A DNA stretch of 64,000 nucleotides from Phaeosaccion multiseriatum (Eukaryota; Protista; Ochrophyta, other classes), in NCBI GenBank assembly GCA_965112735.1, contig OZ218954.1, forward strand, positions 2,852,001 through 2,916,000. Reading direction: 5' to 3'. The notes under the pieces are model-generated. The model did not search any database. It worked only from the letters and a program-made list of their open reading frames with translations, and was not told the DNA's origin. Made by a program: the position numbers and the translations under genes. Shown piece by piece: positions 62,021 to 64,000 of the stretch (its first letter is position 1; each line of letters begins with the position of its first letter).

Positions 62021-62053
<33 letters not shown>

Positions 62054-64000
62054 GTAGAGGCAGCACGGGCAGGGTCGGCACGAGGCAGGAGCACCTCTTT
62101 CTCCTCCGGCAATGCAGGGTCAGCTTCAAGCTTCTTCCTTCCCTCGGCGCTCCAGCCTTTGCCCTACTTTCGCAGCGGCGCCTCGTTTGTGCAACCCTCG
62201 GTGACATGCATCCGCCAGAGTCGACAAGATCCGAACCTCGCCTACGTGTCTACCGACAGCTGGACCTCCGCCTCCCACCCCTCCTCCGCCGCCCACCCCT
62301 CCTCCTCTGCCTCCCATCCCTCTTCCTCCTTCTCCTCCCAGCGGTCCTTTGAGGCCCAACGACTTGTCACTGGTCAGCTCCTTCTCATGGATCGAAGGTT
62401 TCCGAAGCAACCCGTGCTGCGATGGGATCAAGCTGAGGTTACAGAGCGATTGGAGATCTTCTCTGAGCAAGATTTGGGCTTTGGGGAGGTGGGCGGAGGG
62501 GGCGCCGCGGCAGGTGGGTGCGTGCGTGCGCTTGTAGGGTGTGGGTAGGTGTGTGGGTGCGTGGGGGACAGTTGGTGTGTTAGGATGGTGGTGTGGATAT
62601 GGGTGTGGTTGTGGGTGTGGTTGTGGGTGTTGCAGTTTCAAATCTTTTGACCGAACTCGAGGGGTCAATATCGACTTGCCCCAGAGTGGGCACCCAAGCG
62701 TCGATCGAGACGTCCTAAACCTTCCCTCCCTCCCTCCCTCCCTCCCTCCCTCCCTCCCTCCCTCCCTCCCTCCCTCCCTCCCTCCCTCCCTCCCTCCCTC
62801 CCTCCCTCCCTCCCTCCCTCCCTCCCTCCCTCCCTCCCTCCCTCCCTCCCTCCCTCCCTCCCTCCCTCCCTCCCTCCCTCCCTCGCTCCCTCCCTCCCTC
62901 CCTCCCTCCCTCCCTCCCTCCCTCCCTCCCTCCCTCCCTCCCTCGCTCCCTCCCTCCCTCCCTCCCTTCCTTCCTTCCTTCCTTCCCTCCCCTCCCTCCC
63001 CTCCCTCTCCCCTCCCTCCCTCCCTCCCTCCCTCCCTCCCTCCCTTCCTTCCTCCCCTCCCCTCCCCTCCCTCCCTCCCTCCCTCCCTCCCTCCCTCCCT
63101 CCCTCCCTCCCTCCCTCCCTACTTCCCTCCTTCCATACCTCCTTCCATACCTCCTTCCCTCCCTCCCTCCCTCCCCCCGTCCCTCCCTCCCCCCCTCCCT
63201 CCCTCCCTCCCCCCGTCCCTCCCTCCCCCCCTCCCTCCCTCCCTCCCTCCCTCCCTCCTGACACCAGGCAGCGAAGTCGTGGTCTCATACGGTCAACAGA
63301 CAAACAACGTGTACCTCCACACCACCGCCTCCGCCAGCCCTGACTACGAGGGCTGGAAACTCCCTCTCTCCCTCTCGGACCTGAGCTCCTCCGAAGGTCT
63401 CCATCGCCGTCCCTTGACCTCGACCTTCCCCGTCCCTGATCGGTCCTGCGCGGAGGTAGAACATGGGGGAGTGTTGCTCGCCCCCTGCCCCTCCTACCCC
63501 AGTGTGTATGCCTATGCGGACGATACTGATGCCTTTACGAGTGCAAGTGCGGCAAGTGTCAGCGCTGCGACAGCCAGACACCACGGCACTGGCACTGTTA
63601 CTGCTAACAGTAACAGTAATGGTATGAGTAGTAGTGGTGGTGGTGCTGCTCCTCTTGTCGGGGTTGAGAGCAGCGGCGGTCGCACCGACTTGCGACGAGG
63701 GCAGGGGCGGGTGGCCTTGCTCCAAGCCACCTCATTTGGCGATGTGTATGTGCAAACGCTGAAGGAGACAAGGCAACGCTCCGACTCGCCCTCCTGCTCA
63801 CCCTCGCCGGGTGCTGCTGCCGCTGCTGGTGGAGGGCTGGGGGTGACGAAGGAGGGAGAGGGTGACGATGATGGTGATGATGAGGATGGCAGTGGATGGG
63901 CTCTGGGAGTGAAGGACCGTGGGGGGCGTAGAGTTGGTCGTGGTGCTCGCTTCTATATGCAGACTTTGGCCGGGGAGGATAGCACCATGCCCTGGGGGAG
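58229..64000 (+). CDS. TAF1C/Rrn6-like RNA polymerase I initiation factor subunit with N-terminal Zn2Cys6 motif; 3' end beyond window
   Basis: In-phase exons 58229-58381, 58551-59005, 59585-59645, 60181-60284, 60750-60879, 61229-62513, 63268-end. Motifs [35 protein letters not shown] and [13 protein letters not shown] recall TAF1C. N-terminal KKGKKRRR and CGPC-x6[11 protein letters not shown]6-C. Confidence 0.68.

Overview
GC-rich, intron-rich eukaryotic nuclear DNA with abundant (TCAC)n, (GGGA)n, (CA)n and (CAG)n tracts; a stramenopile alga is plausible but only inferred. Genes assembled by hand from in-phase GT-AG exons: PPIL4 (-, runs off the left edge), a 90-aa OHCU-decarboxylase-like gene (+), a RING-less CNOT4-like gene (-), NOL10 (-), a GT31/C1GALT1-like glycosyltransferase (+), a ~3150-aa FHA-C2-C2-IQCB1-like gene (-), a TMX-type thioredoxin (+), a RING-H2 E3 ligase (-) and a Zn2Cys6-TAF1C-like gene (+, runs off the right edge). 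The standout region is 38.7-53.5 kb. It holds three tandem stand-alone ankyrin genes (about 12, 34 and 37 repeats) built from reshuffled 99-bp modules that vary mainly at the DARPin-type binding positions. Four palindromic MITE-like elements delimit the units and lie ~40 bp upstream of the start codons; one has an inverted core. A 14-bp motif (GTATCACCAACTGC) is scattered through exons (three different frames/strands), an intron and intergenic DNA. Several introns carry duplicated splice junctions. Family calls rest on recalled motifs, not database searches.
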